From positions 2,666,001-2,730,000 of the forward strand of contig NW_026963317.1 in the NCBI RefSeq assembly GCF_036588685.1: a stretch of DNA of 64,000 bases, read 5' to 3'. Source of the stretch: Mytilus trossulus. Its lineage: Eukaryota. Below are positions 60,701 to 64,000 of this stretch, one piece after another. A model generated the notes under the pieces. The model was not told the origin of the DNA and searched no databases. It was given only the letters and a program-made list of their open reading frames with translations. Both the position numbers and the translations under genes were made by a program. Positions within the stretch are counted from its first letter, which is position 1. Each line of letters starts with the position of its first letter.

Positions 60701-63700
60701 CATTTAAGCTAAAATCTGCCTCTAAAGGAAGCATACATTTTGTTAATGTCCTTTTTTTCTGTTGAACTAATAGGAGAAAAAGAGGAAATATCAAAATAAA
60801 AAAATAACCTAATATAAGAAATCGCTTAAATTTTACAATTATTTAGTTTATGTTCAGCTTATTTGAAAACAATAATAAAAAATATAGGTCACCGATGAGT
60901 TAAAAAAGATATTTCAAATTTAAGGCCTAAAAATGGCATTTTTGCACCAAAGGGAGATAATTTGGAGCTTTTTCATTTTTTAAAGTCATCTGGGGCCAAA
61001 CCAAATCATTTTTTGGGGTTGTTTTTTGTACCATATCATAAAGTAACAGCTAATAGTGTAATAAATAAAATTTGTAATGAAAAAATAAAGGTTTAATTTT
61101 TTGCTTAAATTATTGTACCCACAAGCCACCTTAATTGTCAATTTTAATTTTAATTGGTCAGTGTTGTTGTGAAAATATGGCAGGTAATTAAAGTTCATGT
61201 TTTGAAGCCGAAGTTTGACGAAAATTAACAAAAAAGCATGGATATTGAGCAGGTGTTAACATGTACAGTCAGATAATAGTTTATTTTAAGGATATCCATG
61301 GGTGTTGGGATCACCAGATTTTTATGAGATGGGTCACACAGAGGTCACTTTGCATATGGAAAATATGTTCGGGTATTGGTTCCTGGAAGGAAAGAAGCAA
61401 TTAAAAATAGTTAACTTCTTCTTAATATAATATGAACAAGTTTAAGAATTTTTTTCACAAAAAAGTATATGTACATAAGTTTTATAATGAAAACTATCCA
61501 TTGAGTATTAAAAAAACATATGCATTATTTTTTTTTTAATTTGAGGTTTCTTATGACTTTATAAGGTATATATTCTATTCAATCAATCATGTATATATAT
61601 ATATTAGTTTTGAATAACTCGTGAGTGGTTTTATTGGACTTCAAAACAAATTATATTTAAAAGTCATAAGTGTATATTACCACAATCATATATATTTCCT
61701 TATTTTTAGGAAAAGAAACATAGCACGACAGTAAATCTGAAGTATTTAGAGAATACCAAAAAGTATATCAACTATTTCATCATTAGAAAATTGACCAATT
61801 TTGTAAACTTTTATTTCAGGAATGTTATCTGCGTCACTAGAACCCTATTTTAAAGCCCACATTCCAGATATCATGGTTATACCTATAAGTATTAGTTATG
61901 ACAAGATTTTAGAAGAAGCTTTGTATGCTTATGAAATATTAGGTGTACCTAAGCCTAAAGAGTCCACATCTGTAAGTACAAGATATACATGTATACAAAT
62001 AACTGTACAAGGCAAATTACAAGATATATGCAGAATAACTGTACAAAAAGTCAAGTGATGTAAAATTAAATTCAAATAACCATAAGATTAAGAATGGAAA
62101 TGGAGAATGTGTCAAAGTAACAAGATATATACAAAATAACTGTACAGGTCAATTAACAAGAGTTACAATATATAGAAAATAACTACAAATCAAGTGAAAA
62201 GTTGTATACCAAATAACTGTAGAAGTCAAGTAACAAGAAATATACATAATAACTGAACAAGACAAGTCACAAGATATATAAACAAAATAATCGTAGACAT
62301 TTTGTATAAGTCAATAAGTTGGTCTAAAGCTAAAGTTTATTTGCTGCTCACAGTGGTCAGTGTTCTCTTTCCCACTCAAATTGCCTCAATTATTTTAGAA
62401 AGACTATAAGTTATGAAAGATGAATCTACTTTTAAAAGCAATTGTTTTTGATGTTGAAGATTTGAATGACCTATTTTCCTTTCCCCATAAAGTCAATGAA
62501 AAATAGTATCCTTCAAAGAAAATGAATCCTCATTAATGTCAAGATTTTTAATTGCTTTGAGTTTCAACATTTTGTAAATAGTTTTAATAGAAGTAAGTAA
62601 TACAATTAAAATTGTCTATTAAATATGTCTTCAAACAAACAAAATTGTCAATCAACCAATAGCATGCGCTATCTTACTAACAAAATAAAGTTTTACTAAT
62701 TCCACTTTTCAATATTTGTAGGGTTTATTCAAAGCTAGAAATTTACTTTCTGAAGATTTTGGAAATGTACATGTTCATTTTGGTGAGCCTCTGTCAATCA
62801 GAAAATATACAGATGGAAAAGTGGATAGGAGTGTTCATAGTCTAGCACCGAGGTAACTTGTTCACAGGAATGTTTAAAGTGTGATCGAAATTATTCGAAC
62901 TAAAAAAATTAAAGTGAGGTGTGCATTAAATTATCTGTATACTTTTGAATTCATAGGTGAATGCATCAAGACATGTACTAAAATTTGATCTGAGAAGTGT
63001 AAGGATAAAACAACACATAGCTTGGTCATGATTGAACACTCATATTCAAATTGTTTCTTACTGTTTCATTTTGACCTACAGACAAAGTGGATTTAACTTA
63101 ATATTGTTGTACTAGCTATTTCACACAGTTTGTGTTGTAAAAAATTTAAAGGAACAAATAATTATTAGGTGTATTTATCTTAAATTTTCACTGATTGTCT
63201 TTTTCCTTTATTTTTACAGGTATATTGCTAGTCTTTCAGATGAGGAAAATAAACTTATACAAAATTTAGGGTATAAAGTTCTGTTACTCCATCAAGAACA
63301 TATGGTTATTTCCCCTTGGTCATTAATGGCTGCTGTCCTTGTACAGAATAAAGATGGTATTAAAATCAAACAGCTTGTCAAGGAAGTGGAATGGATTAAA
63401 AGGCAGGCTACTAATCTGGGAGCTTATATTGACTGGCCAGGTATTTAACTTCTCATTCATCCATGTAAAAATTACTCATCAAAGATACCAGGCTTATAAT
63501 TTTGTATGCCAGATTTGTATTTCGTCATCTCGAAAGACCCATCAGTGACGCTATTATTAAATATGATGTCGAAGAGCATTCAGGACCCAAAATTCTGAAA
63601 GGTTTTACCAAATACACCTAAGGATTATGTATTCCTGGGTAGAAAATCCTCAATAATTTGAACAATTTAAAGTTTTGTAAAGGGTTATGTAAGTTGTCTT

Positions 63701-64000
63701 TTTCTGAGTGTTTAAATTAAAGTAGCAATCTAGCAAGTTACGTTTACAATTACTATTTAAACAGCATACTTTTTCCATTCTTTATATCAAAATAAGTTAA
63801 TATGGTATGATTGCTAATAGACAGCTATCCATAAACTACAATGTTGGGAAAGTTTCAGGTCACTGTATGGCCTTCAATGAAACTTTATTAAAATGGTAAC
63901 AAGGTCATAAATCATGGCATCATTTTTGATTCAAGTTGCAGTTAAATGTTGAAATATTCATGCTGATGTAGTAATTGCTTGTTACACATTTTTCAGAAAT
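54758..64000 (+). CDS. GNPAT: Dihydroxyacetone phosphate acyltransferase (glyceronephosphate O-acyltransferase), 3'-incomplete
   Basis: Exons 54758-54794 (probable), 57723-57919, 58477-58653, 59471-59600, 59941-60144, 61820-61971, 62722-62852, 63220-63440 and 63997-. Motifs HRSYFD (HX4D), [16 protein letters not shown] and the GNPAT-typical [29 protein letters not shown]. Confidence 0.92.
56926..57701. mobile_element. Kolobok-like MITE (TTAA TSD, GG termini)
   Basis: TTAA-GGATGTATTCTTCTGA...TCAGAGGTGTACATCC-TTAA. Confidence 0.75.
58662..58873. mobile_element. Tc1/mariner-like MITE
   Basis: TA-CTATAAATTTAGAAATTATTGC...GCAATAATTTCTGAATTTACAG-TA, inserted 8 nt after a GNPAT donor. Confidence 0.7.
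60581..61130. mobile_element. Kolobok-like MITE
   Basis: TTAA-GGGGGCTCCGGGTATAA...TTGTACCCACAAGCCACC-TTAA. Confidence 0.7.
61975..62290. repeat. Degenerate ~37-bp intronic minisatellite
   Basis: Recurring CAAGATATA...AATAACTGTACA units. Confidence 0.6.
63468..63690 (-). mobile_element. Decayed Penelope/retrozyme-like repeat with a degenerate hammerhead core
   Basis: The minus strand reads CTGATGG-GTC-TTTCGAGAT-GAC-GAAA (A9 of the core changed to G). Confidence 0.45.

Overview
AT-rich, intron-containing animal genomic DNA. The C1q-domain gene expansion, Helentron-type repeats and Penelope elements suggest a bivalve mollusc, most like Mytilus (inference). Two housekeeping-type genes sit head-to-head. 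(i) A minus-strand gene of at least 14 coding exons (51433 down to 6607, at least 959 aa) encodes an uncharacterised alpha/beta-hydrolase (GHSMGG, S9-like). (ii) The 5' part of GNPAT lies on the plus strand from 54758 and runs off the window. The 26-kb intron of the hydrolase gene (12211-38305) holds four intact antisense secreted C1q-domain genes whose segments pair up in three incompatible ways (mosaic), a duplicated half-exon with an intact acceptor, a ~8.8-kb MITE/spacer higher-order array nested in a Helentron-like element, and a disrupted Neptune-type Penelope element with a hammerhead-type terminus. Most unusual: two different exons of the hydrolase gene are each followed by a tandem array of their own last ~88-90 nt plus the 5' splice site (18 copies and ~6-7 copies). 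Many MITEs, HINE-like elements and a 5'-truncated Naiad-like Penelope RT fill the rest. Exon models were assembled by eye from GT-AG sites and phase matching; no searches were run.
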